A stretch of 64,000 bases of DNA from the NCBI RefSeq assembly GCF_964355755.1, contig NC_092676.1, positions 4,689,888-4,753,887 of the forward strand. Direction: 5' to 3'. Made by a program: the position numbers and the translations under genes. Positions 59,601 through 64,000 of this stretch are shown here, one piece after another (position 1 is the stretch's first letter; each line of letters opens with the position of its first letter). The notes beneath the pieces are model-generated. The model ran no database searches, had not been told where the DNA came from, and saw nothing but the letters and a program-made list of their open reading frames with translations. The stretch comes from Antedon mediterranea (Eukaryota; Animalia; Echinodermata).

Positions 59601-62600
59601 ACATAAAACCATCTCTGTCTGACAGACAGTTTGACTATTTTTGTTGCTTTAAATTATAATTTAATCAGGTAAATACATTTTTTTTCTCGACCAAATTGTT
59701 GTGTAAGAGGGACTATTATGTGACATTAAAATAGCATTTTCAACAAAAACAATTAAAATTTTTATATTTATTTTATTTTTTTTCAAATTTTATAAATTTT
59801 ATTTATTTTTTTTTCTGGGGGACAATATATCAAGCGGTTGGCAAATTTAACCTCTGTTTCTGATAAGCTTTTAATATTCTTTCCATTTTCAACCATTGTT
59901 GGTAAAATATATGTTCACAAGACTATTGTGCCATGCAAACCAAGTTAGGGTGAACTTTTTAATCACTATGTATACAATAAATTGAATAGATAAGTAGATT
60001 CATCTTTTAGTTCCATTGTTTGCACTGCAATTCAGTGATACCAAAACACCATGTCACCTGATAAAATTACATCAATACTTTTGCTTACCTAGATCGGAAG
60101 TGTTTGTTATGTAAACAGGTTATAGTACAAGGTGGCTGACCTGGCAAAATATCGCAATAATACTACTTCAGTGAATGTCTGAACTTAGCCAGTATCTAGG
60201 TTAAATTTTGCCGTGATCTTATTTTACAGAGTCTGGTAAATTATATACTTTTGGTGCCAATGAATGGGGACAGCTAGGACATGGTCATACGAAATCTACA
60301 AACAAACCGGGAAAGGTTAAAGGTCGGTACGAAATTTAGTTGTAGCAATTATTTGCCAAAGCCACGTTTTTTATCGATCACTATTTGTTTTACTTCACTT
60401 TATTGTTGAAATAAATTTTCACTTATATTGTTTTATATGTTCTAGCACTAAAGCATGAGACCATTGTTCTGTTGACCAGTGGCAGGTCACATACGCTTGT
60501 ATGTACACAATCCGGTCAGGTGTTTGCGTTCGGTGCTGGTGGAGAAGGTCAACTTGGGATTGAGAAATCGTCATCTGGTTTGGAATCACCCGCAAAGATT
60601 ACAAACCTACCTGAGCAAAAATATAAACTATTGTCTGCTGGTACTGACCATTCAGCAGCCTTAACTGGTAAGAAAGCATTAATTTAAATGCACCTGTATG
60701 CAAATGAGGTGACAGACCTGTACAGGTTTTGCACTGTCACATTGCAGTAAGTAAAATCCACCTGTACACAATTGCAAATGAGGTACACTGCCTTACGGGT
60801 TTAACACAGTGCAGTAAATAAAATCCACCTGTGCACAATTGCAAATAAGGTACACTGCCCTATAAGTTTAGTACAGTGCAGTGGTAAATAAAATATACCT
60901 GTACACAAATGCAAATAAGGTACACTACAACCCTGCAAGTTTAGTACAAATAAAATCCACCTGCATCAAATAAAATCCACCTGTACACAAATGTAATACA
61001 AATGTCACAGTGCAATGATCAGTATTAAACTTAGTAAACCTTCACCTATCAAGTTATTTTCTGTACCTTTAATATGCATGAGACCTCTGGCTTAATGTCA
61101 CATTTGAAGGATTAGGCAATGCGTGTACAACATCAAGGTATGCCATCCCAATCTCAAATTTACTCAATCTAATAATGTAAATACTTCTATTTTTTAAACT
61201 AGCTGATGGCTGCTTATATATGTGGGGTGGTAGCAGCGAAGGGCAGCTTGGCTTTGGGAATTTTGATGAGGTGCCAATCCCGAAAGAATTGTCATTCGAT
61301 ACAAAGGTGAAACAAGTATCATGCGGTTACTACCACACATCAATCGTAACAGGTAATACTTCTTTTTTCCCTAAAATATGTATTGGTAATCTGGTAATCA
61401 GGTAAAAAAAGTATGAAGTCAGTAGTCATGGGCGTTTGGGGAGTTGGAACAAACCATTTGTTTTGCTGAAGTGCTCTCTTCAAACTAGAAAACTGTTTGT
61501 AAAAAAAAGCAGCAATGAGAAAAAAATGAAAAATAGCAGATAGGCTTTAAAAAAACAGCCTACCTAATAATGAACCTCCGACCTCCTTAAATGGCTATTG
61601 GTACTTGAATGGCTATTAGTCCTTATCATTGCTTTGTAAACATTTTTGGAAAAACTTTTTTCCTCTCTTTACAGAGGATGGCAAATTATATACGTTTGGA
61701 GAAAATGAAAATGGGAAACTAGGTCTGACAGATGATAAACTAAGTCGTACAAATGCTCCTCAGCATGTAGACACTATAAAAGGTCGCGTTAAGTACGCAT
61801 CATGTGGTAACAACCATACGGCAGCAATCACAGGTTTGTTTTAATTTTTTTTTAATATTTATCATATGACTAAGTTATCAGATATCAGATAATTAAATTT
61901 GTTATTATATTAAAGTATTGTAAGCCACAGTCGTCTTCTTCACTGTTCTTCATAAGGTCAGTTTTAGTGACTCTTCTTCCTAAAAAAAAACCATATGAAC
62001 ACCTCAAAAGTCACGACCTTTGATCTGGTATTATATCCCAACCTAAAACTAATGTTGCTGTTGAGTTTGTTAACAGAAGGGGCAGAAGTTGAGAAATTGA
62101 TAAATAAAGTTCATTTCGTTTTCAGAGGATGGTAGTCTATACACCTTTGGTGATGGTAGTAATGGTCAGCTAGGACTTGGACCATCACTACTACAAGTAG
62201 ACAAACCTGAGAAGGTGACCAGGCTAGGCAATGCCAAGTGCAAGTTTGTATCGTGTGGAGAAAGTCATACAGCCATTATAACAGGTAAGGACTCCATACC
62301 CATTGATCATCCAGTGGTTGAATCCAATCTTCTCCTAACAATAATAAAAACACAACAAAAAGCAAAAGTTGCTCATGTATGTTGAAAGCAATCAGGTGGT
62401 TTGCCCTCTCAATACTGTATTATACAACAGCTGCAAAACATTGTTGTAATCTCTTTTTTTTTAATTTACTTGGTGGCTCTACATTTTTGGTCGCCACAAG
62501 ACTGAGGGCAACTGATTTTGTGACCTCAGTGAAGACCCCATAGGATTCATCTGCAAAAAAACATATTTCCCATGCAGATCTCGTATAAAGGTAAAAGGAA

Positions 62601-64000
62601 GAAAGTGACTAAGTCTAGAATACAGGTTGTCATTCACAGTAATAATACAGATAATACTAATGTTCCTTTTTGTAGAAAAGGGTAGTATGCTAACGTTCGG
62701 AGATGGACGACACGGTAAACTAGGTCAAGGAGATGAAAGCTATTGCAATTTATTTAAACCAACTAAAGTTGATAGATTTCATGGCTTTGATGTACAAAAT
62801 GTAGGTTCATTCTTTGATTTTAACAAATGTTCATTTTGGTTTATTTTATTTTGTCCATGCAAATAAAAGAAATAATGTCACATAATGCTTTGTATTATTT
62901 TTTATTGTATTTATATGTTTCATATGGACAGTTTGTCTGAAATAAAGTTGAATTGAATTGAATTGAATGCAACAGTAAATTGTCAAATCATATGCTACAC
63001 ATTGATGTTTATTTATTTATTATTTTGGTTATTAGAAATTCGACACAATAGCAATTGAAACACATTAATAATTTATAGAGAAAAAAGAACAATAGGGAGT
63101 TTTCGCAACCTTACGAATACAATAACGAAAACTGATACGTCACGCACACGTATTTGTTTTTCGTAAGCCAGTAAAAATCTGTTTCGCATGGCAACGAAAT
63201 ATTGAGGGCGCCATCCAAAATATGGCTGCGGTTAATTTGAGCGAAGCACAGGTACGTGTTGCTTGGTGCTTGGCTGTCTAGGCCTAGCGTAACATCAAAG
63301 CGAGTAAGGACTTTAAAAACTGCTATTTATCAAAATTGACCTGGCATTTTAGTAAATTACTTTAGTAAATTACTTTCAATAAAAGTATAATTATATTATA
63401 ATCATGAATCATTCCTGATTCAAATGCAAAATGTGCAAAATAGATCAAAAACTATACTCGTTTTGTAGTTACGAATATGACTGGTGATATTCGTCAACAC
63501 GAATACGCTTTACGAATATGAAATGGGCATCAGCTCAAAAGTTTCACAAATGTGTGACGTATCTGTTTTTTCGTTATCGTATTCGTAAGCTTGCGAAATC
63601 TCTCTAATAATGTGATGTTATGCTAATACACACACTTTAATGAAAATATAAATAATGTAAAAAATCTTCTATCTTCACCCAAGGCTGAAAATGTAGTCAT
63701 TTCTCAGGTACATTCTATAGTCACCACCAGATAGACTTTCTTCATCTTTGCTTCTTTAAATGGATGACTAGTTTTTGAGCAGGAACGCTAGTAGACCAAA
63801 CTCAGTACCATTTTTAATCTACAACCCTTATTTGGAAGATGGTAGTTAATTTTTGAATAATTTTAATAATTAAAATTGTTTGTAAAATAGGTATCTTGTG
63901 GTGGATGTCACATGGTGATTCTTGCAGTGAAGCGAGGTATATCAAATGGTCACATGTCAACAGAATCAGAATCGGAAGAAACGATGGATCCACTCAAACT
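26799..64000 (+). CDS. RPGR: Retinitis pigmentosa GTPase regulator (RCC1-like domain), 5' part; continues beyond the window
   Basis: Exons 26799-26826, 28628-28753, 60230-60322, 60446-60667, 61203-61352, 61675-61833, 62126-62284, 62676-62800, 63891->64000 splice in frame: [77 protein letters not shown]. Exon sizes 28/126/93/222/150/159/159/125 parallel recalled human RPGR exons. Confidence 0.93.
27273..27781. mobile_element. Degenerate TIR element with reiterated GGCCCGATCGTCT motifs
   Basis: AGACGATCGGGGCC at the left end pairs with GACCCTGATCGTCT at the right end. About 10 internal degenerate copies of the motif. Confidence 0.5.
28879..29360. mobile_element. Tc1/mariner-like MITE interrupted by a SINE
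   Basis: TA-CAGTAGAA..TATTAAGGG..CTGAATAGAGGTTGG..CCCAAAGGAG.GTTCCACTG. An uninterrupted relative lies at ~33370-33521. Confidence 0.55.
29018..29325 (-). mobile_element. tRNA-derived SINE with a CORE-like central domain and L2-like tail
   Basis: On the minus strand: A box TGGCGCAGTGTG, B box GGTTCGAATCC, then CCTTTAGGCAAG..CACCCAGGTGTATAAATGGG, and tail AAGCGCTTAGAA..TAAGCGCTATATAAA. Confidence 0.8.
29393..29670. mobile_element. PIF/Harbinger-type MITE
   Basis: TAA|AGCCTGGTTTCCATAAAA..TTTTATAGAAACCAGGCT|TAA. Confidence 0.8.
30247..32574 (-). CDS. nrf-6: NRF-6/OACYL-like membrane O-acyltransferase, copy 1 (intronless, ~775 aa)
   Basis: Signal peptide, Thr-rich stalk, NRF domain ([24 protein letters not shown]), acyltransferase-3 motifs [53 protein letters not shown]. 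The first ATG is at 32574; the ORF track opens at a non-ATG codon. Confidence 0.93.
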   Translation of the reverse strand: MGSTRMLLVILMLAVGCQGQQHIIKNEADTMKFIAKQRYVNSYQAKAEELQAAVDELILTPLMYSEVLEPEIDAVKMTALTKTPEPTSTTTNLPTTEVANVTEYSTFVTIVTNYTTMNVTEIPTTMTPKHLSKCQKDLGTFQLDLLKEEHYALMMIDSYGKLPPGLLQGDIQFWFGLYDECLNQSRKIDDGQDNFKAEYCIAGLYSGKTKLPSIGICVPDSCSNSDLMEILGPKKPKSLLFVSYVICNKVPEYSTAAIICLIFLSFFGLMIISGTIYDIWKRQQESRHDGFERLAEDHTDEHSVNVTPTTNGTKPNTDTSHEHESVKITARSVGLFGNILLCFSLLINGSKILKTKQGEQSLGALNGIRVISLCWVMLGHTYAFTLTLFRNSTQIINVLSRFTFQAVGNATFSVDSFFFLSGLLVTYLTLKYLQKHDGKLNWLMFYVHRYLRLTPVYMMVIFIYTTLTPHFANGPLYQYVFDPNPPPGVESQATYCQKYWWTNLLYINNLYPSSIAEECLGWGWYLANDMQFYIISPFVIYLLYHYFFVGVALWSALLIACFGSLIGMSIKYDVTTSAFAQQTDQQALGGGKIYVQPWTRISTYLVGMAVGYILYKYKDRVRMPRYVAIMGWMAATGIALAVVYGLYGNFHGNPLNEAATVIYTTLSRFSWAVALGWVAFACVTGYGGPVNSLLSWSFWIPLSRINYCAYLLHPIIMYVFYYSLPNMIYFTDLLLVYFFIGNIVLSYAAAFILSVSIEAPFMALEKLLLNRDKSV
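32716..32770 (-). promoter_or_regulatory. Twin CCAAT (NF-Y-like) boxes upstream of the NRF-6-like genes
   Basis: TTTTAACCAATCAGGACATTGA..TAGCCAATCAGAAG is conserved ~145-190 bp upstream of copies 1, 2 (~37251-37300) and 3 (~42105-42154). A single AACCAATCAG lies upstream of copies 4 (~46818) and 5 (~50956). Confidence 0.6.
33985..34385. repeat. Degenerate ~22-bp AT-rich minisatellite
   Basis: TTTTAGATTAAAATAACTTGAA is reiterated more than 12 times. Confidence 0.85.
34796..37111 (-). pseudogene. nrf-6: NRF-6/OACYL-like copy 2 with one in-frame nonsense codon
   Basis: ORFs 37111-35429 and 35341-34796 are in the same frame. The join reads GGC AGT TAA ATT GGC where paralogs read GGC AGT TTA ATT GGC. 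The gene is otherwise intact to NHDKSV*. Confidence 0.85.
38179..38997. mobile_element. Kolobok-like (TTAA) non-autonomous element carrying a nested TIR element
   Basis: TTAA|AGATGTATTGTCCTCC ... GGGGGACAATACATCT. Confidence 0.6.
38447..38937. mobile_element. ~500-bp TIR element (family B)
   Basis: AGTTTTCGCAACCTTACGATAACGAAAAC ... GTTTTCGTTATCGTATTCGTGAGATTGCGAAAACTCCCTA. An inverted copy lies at 63093-63606. Confidence 0.85.
39212..39347. mobile_element. PIF/Harbinger-type MITE (family A)
   Basis: TTA|AGCTCTGTCTACAC..GTGTAGACAGAGCT|TTA. Confidence 0.82.
39665..41962 (-). CDS. nrf-6: NRF-6/OACYL-like O-acyltransferase, copy 3 (intronless, 765 aa)
   Basis: Full ORF with the same domain architecture and motifs as copy 1. 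Confidence 0.93.
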   Translation of the reverse strand: MNSKNTRMLLVILMLAVGCQGQQHIIKNEADAMKFIAKQRYVNSYQAKAEELQAAVDELILEPLMYSEVLELTALTKTPEPTSTTTNLPTTEVANVTDFSTLVTIVTNYTTRNVTEIPTTMTTKHLSKCRKDLRTFQLDLLKEEHYALMMIDSYGKLPPGLLQGDIQYWFGLYDECLNQSRKIDNEQDNFKAEYCIAGLYSGTTKLPSIGICVPDSCSDSDLMEILGSKKPNSTLFVSYVNCNQVPEYSAAAIICLIFLSFFGLMIISGTIYDIWQRRQDSHQNGFERLAEDHTHSVNATSTTNGTTPYTDTSHASVKIRTSLGLFGDILLCFSLLINGGKILKTKQGEQSLGALNGIRVISLWWVMLGHTYVFALTLFSNSTKIIEVLSRFTFQAVGNATFSVDSFFFLSGLLVTYLTLKYLQKHDGKLNWLMFYVHRYLRLTPVYMMVIFIFTTLTPYFANGPLYQSVFDPNPPPGVESQATYCQKYWWTNLLYINNLYPSGLGEECLAWSWYLANDMQFYIISPFVIYLLYHYFFVGVVFWSALLIACFGSSIGISIKLDIYTGLIPQTPDQKTLGSDELYVRPWTRISTYLVGMALGYILYKYKGRVRMPRYVAIMGWMAATGIALAVVYGLYGNFHGDPLNKAASVVYATFSRFSWAVALAWVAFACVTGYGGPVNSLLSWSFWIPLSRINYCAYLLHPIIMFVFYYSLPNMIYFTDLLLVYFFIGNIVLSYAAAFILSVSIEAPFMALEKLLLNRDKSV
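42436..43029. mobile_element. Possible Kolobok-like TTAA element
   Basis: TTAA|AGCTCAGGTAC ... GCACCTGGCCT|TTAA. The TIR match is only partial. Confidence 0.35.
43096..43207 (-). mobile_element. Helentron-associated short element (same family as 18884-18997)
   Basis: On the minus strand: AGTCGCGTGCAACGTGACT..(GTCG)n..GCACACGACTGCAGCCATGTATATGGCCTTGTT. Confidence 0.7.
44333..46630 (-). CDS. nrf-6: NRF-6/OACYL-like O-acyltransferase, copy 4 (intronless, ~765 aa)
   Basis: Full ORF. First ATG at 46630 ([22 protein letters not shown] signal peptide). Confidence 0.93.
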   Translation of the reverse strand: MGKLSRRIPFILILAISYICRGQPQLVLNEQDAMKFIAKQRYINSYQAKAEELQAAVDELILEPLTYSEVLEPENDAVKMTTPTKTPEQTSTVMDAETKTPTKAANVTTTEIPTTMTPKHSSKCRKDLGTFQLDLLKEEHYALMMIDSYGKLPAGLIQGDVQYWFGLYDECLNQSRKIDDGKDNFKAEYCLVGLSGQKIKMLPSIGICVPDSCSNSDLMEILGPKKPNSRLFVSYVKCNKVPEYSAAAIICLIFLSFFGLMIISGTIYDIWKRRLESGQDGFERLAEDHTDKHSINATPTTNGTTPNTDTSHGHESGKIRMSLGLFGDILLCFSLLINGSKILKIKQGEQSLGALNGIRVISLWWVMLGHTYIFSLTLVSNLTKILEVVGRFSFQAVGNATFSVDSFFFLSGLLITYLTLKYLQNHGGKLNWVMFYVHRYLRLTPVYMMVIFIFTTLAPHFANGPLYQSVFDPNAAPGEESQVSYCQKYWWTNLLYINNLYPSNNLEECVDWSWYLANDMQFYIISPFVIYLLYHYFFVGVAFWSALLVACFGSLIGLSIKYDIYTGIISLNPERKTFGTPEIYVRPWTRISTYLVGMAIGYILYKYKGRVRMPRYVVIMGWMAATGIALAVVYGLYGNFHGDQLNKAASVVYITLSRFSWAVALSWVAFACVTGYGGPVNSLLSWSFWIPLSRINYCAYLLHPIIMFVFYYSLPNMIYFTDLLLVYFFIGNIVLSYAAAFILCVSIEAPFMALEKLLLNRDRSV
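47485..47662 (+). mobile_element. Helentron-associated short element with a (TA)n expansion in its 3' hairpin
   Basis: GCGACTCTACAGC..GTCGGT..GCACGCGACTGCAGCCATG(TA)~29..CCTTGTT. Confidence 0.65.
47821..48027. mobile_element. PIF/Harbinger-type MITE
   Basis: TTA|AGTGTGGTTCCCAATAACAACGCAACG ... CGTTGCGTCGCTAGTGGGAACCACGCT|TTA. Decayed relatives at ~13650-13740 and ~55327-55450. Confidence 0.75.
48400..50760 (-). CDS. nrf-6: NRF-6/OACYL-like O-acyltransferase, copy 5 (intronless, ~786 aa)
   Basis: Full ORF. First ATG at 50760 ([23 protein letters not shown]). Confidence 0.93.
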   Translation of the reverse strand: MDSLLPRMIQFILILAISSLCRGQPQLVLNEEDAMKFIAKQRYVNSYQAKAEELQAAVDKLILEPLMYSEVLEPEIDDFQTMASTKTQELTTTDMDTITATKNSSNMPTTAAVTYVTVYSTTMSIVTNSTKKNVTEIPTTMTTKHSTKCRRDLGTFQIDLLKEEHYALMMIDSYGKLPPGLLQGDFTYWFGLYDECLNQSRKIDDEKDNFKAEYCIAGLYGGKTKLPSIGICVPDSCSNSDLMEILGPKKPNSRLFVSYVKCNKVPEYSAAAIICLIFLSFFGLMIISGTIYDVLKRWRENGQDGFERLAEDHTGENSINGAPASSKEMSSHSHQTVKITKTSVGLFGNILLCFSLLINGSKILQTKQGEQSLGALNGIRVISLWWVMLGHTYIFALTLFSNLTKILEVLSRFTFQAVGNATFSVDSFFFLSGLLVTYLTLKYLQKHNGKLNWLMFFVHRYLRLTPVYAMVIFIFTTLAPHFANGPLYQSVFDPNAAPGEESQVSYCQKYWWTNLLYINNLYPSNLIEECVDWSWYLANDMQFYIISPFVIYLLYHYFFVGVAFWSALLITCFGSLIGISIKLDIYTGLIPQTPDQKTLGTQEIYVRPWTRISTYLVGMAIGYILYKYKNRVRMPQYVVIMGWMAATGIALAVVYGLYGNFHGDPLNEAASVAYITLSRFSWAVALAWVAFACVTGYGGPVNSLLSWSFWIPLSRINYCAYLLHPIIMFVFYYSLPNMIYFTDLLLVYFFIGNIVLSYAAAFILSVSIEAPFMALEKLLLNRDKSV
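51648..51708 (-). pseudogene. Remnant C-terminus of an eighth NRF-6-like copy
   Basis: The minus strand reads IEAPFMVLD(K), then after a frameshift [10 protein letters not shown], matching the family end [19 protein letters not shown]. Confidence 0.65.
51819..51996. mobile_element. PIF/Harbinger-type MITE
   Basis: TAA|AGGCCAATTTACGCAGATG ... CATCTGTGTAAATTGACCT|TAA. Confidence 0.75.
52040..54232 (-). CDS. nrf-6: NRF-6/OACYL-like O-acyltransferase, copy 6 (divergent, intronless, 730 aa)
   Basis: Signal peptide, NRF domain and acyltransferase-3 motifs. Ends KREKSV*. Confidence 0.93.
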   Translation of the reverse strand: MMKTHDIVIFLIVASFCCDAQFHAVNNEQRIGELKTPDKYMPNLKRAQDIMSPLVYDNLLKPMLKSADQQRGYELDIQQEEEFAIKEIVFVGDIQDNATSVMNTVFTTERSTTSASPSQCVVDFGHFQTDLQTGKLYALKMVDSYGKLPPGLFQGAVTWPGLYDECQAQSRSWDVNGSGFNGRHCIATLTNSTPNVIFQTLNVGICVPDSCNKNQVTNLLSGLPRHNVANMVCSKDYDYSASAIACLTLLSTICIIVICATLYDIVLEQKKKQVAAKDNEDGKKEPENNSFFSQLLLCFSLLVNGRHILKTKQGEQSLGALNGIRVISLWWVILGHSYANPIYVVTNILTPFDAITRFTFQAIVNATFSVDSFFFLSGLLVTYLTLKYLQKNDGKLNWLMFYVHRYLRLTPIYMLVIFMFTTLTPYFGTGAFYTFAFDPEPVGVESQVSLCQKYWWTNLLYINNLYPTSLQTNCLGWGWYLANDMQFYIISPFVVYLLYHYFYAGVVMWMSLLIACFGSLIGVSIKYNVTTKFIPDDLQQKNFTADELYARPWARISPFLVGMAIGYILYKYKDRVRMNLFSVIMGWILASAIGVSVVYGLYGNYHDKPLGEAESVLYITLSRFAWAVALGWVAFACVTGYGGPVNSLLSWSFWIPLSRMNYGAYLLHPIIMMVFYYTQPDFIYYTGSLMVYFYVANVVLAYAAAFVLSITVEAPFMGLEKLLLKREKSV
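54698..55323. mobile_element. Kolobok-like (TTAA) non-autonomous element
   Basis: TTAA|AGCCCCATTCCCTAC ... GCAGGGAAGGGGTCT|TTAA. Confidence 0.7.
55993..58269 (+). CDS. nrf-6: NRF-6/OACYL-like O-acyltransferase, copy 7 (divergent, sense to RPGR, intronless, 758 aa)
   Basis: Full ORF with the same motifs, ending KRDKSV*. AATAAA at 58376 and 58392. Confidence 0.93.
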   Translation: MVSTSKYCILNLLALISYCCAQFQNIGNQADAVNFIANQKSVNPNYQVSTKELQDVLQNVIVEPLLYPVDNHWVSEARGFDTHDETVFGMTGEDAGTNVTTEPMMVTNSTLEPTTLIVTEVVLEPTLCISDLATFAADILKKEKYAEMMVDSYGKPPPGILQGNILWLGLYDQCLSQSRTSNDNYDSFNGQYCLALVTNNTQLLFYVGICVPNSCNNRELTDLLNINSNSSIKVSVFCHKQFEYSTSAIACLALLVFLCAFALVGTIIEVFKNYKGSSANQNGFKKLLPDETFENTEHTQSASVNELIITVEENNSPGCLVKFLLCFSLLTNGRKILNTKQGEGSISCLNGIRVISLTWVILGHSYVFPFQLISNPVEIPNLLGRFTFQAVGNATFSVDSFFFLSGLLVTYLTLKYLQKNEGKINWVMFYVHRYLRLTPVYMIVIFVFATLTPHFASGPFYSMIFDPNPDPGVENQMTYCQDYWWTNLLYINNFYPTSINKECLLWGWYLANDMQFFIVSPFIIYLLYHYFYAGFTLWCVILLTCFSSLIGESIIRDISVNFSLDPNEVNFVSDLIYIRPWSRISTYLVGMALGYVLYKYRGRVRMSHYMVVLGWLAATGIALSVVYGLYGSYHGRPLSASATVVYITLCRFSWAVALAWVVFACDAGYGGPVNSLLSWSFWIPLSRINYCAYLVHPIIMFVFYYSLPNSIYFTDFLFVYFYLGHLMFSYAVAFLLSVCAEAPFMALEKLTLKRDKSV
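58650..58835. mobile_element. PIF/Harbinger-type MITE
   Basis: TAA|AGGGCCTTTCACACCAGTTCCGGCACGGTT ... AACCGTGCCGGAACAAGTGAGAAAGACACT|TAA. Confidence 0.75.
60688..61015. repeat. Degenerate ~65-70-bp tandem repeat in an RPGR intron
   Basis: TAAAATCCACCTGTACACAA.TGCAAAT.AGGTACACTG recurs about 5 times. Confidence 0.75.
63093..63606. mobile_element. ~510-bp TIR element (family B)
   Basis: TAGGGAGTTTTCGCAACCTTACGAATAC ... GTATTCGTAAGCTTGCGAAATCTCTCTA. Reverse-complement homolog of 38447-38937. Confidence 0.85.

Overview
AT-rich, intron-containing animal genomic DNA, probably from an invertebrate deuterostome; the taxon is a guess. From left to right it holds: (1) the last 9 exons of exportin-4 (XPO4, +, stop at 6951), with a hammerhead-bearing Penelope-like fragment in one intron; (2) a complete 9-exon ornithine carbamoyltransferase (OTC, -, 14862..10388); (3) an 11.6-kb palindrome (14923-26491) made of two inverted copies of a non-coding foldback-type transposon with 106-bp and ~87-bp satellite arrays, inserted in what would otherwise be a ~370-bp OTC/RPGR divergent promoter; (4) the 5' part of RPGR (+, from 26799, RCC1 repeats, running off the window). 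The 31.5-kb second intron of RPGR holds a tandem cluster of seven intronless NRF-6/OACYL-like (acyltransferase-3) genes: six antisense, one sense, one of the six broken by a single nonsense codon, plus a remnant of an eighth. SINEs, MITEs, Helentron-like short elements, minisatellites and several kinds of probable transposon excision footprints are scattered throughout. All coordinates were read by eye, and comparisons with human genes are from memory, not from searches.
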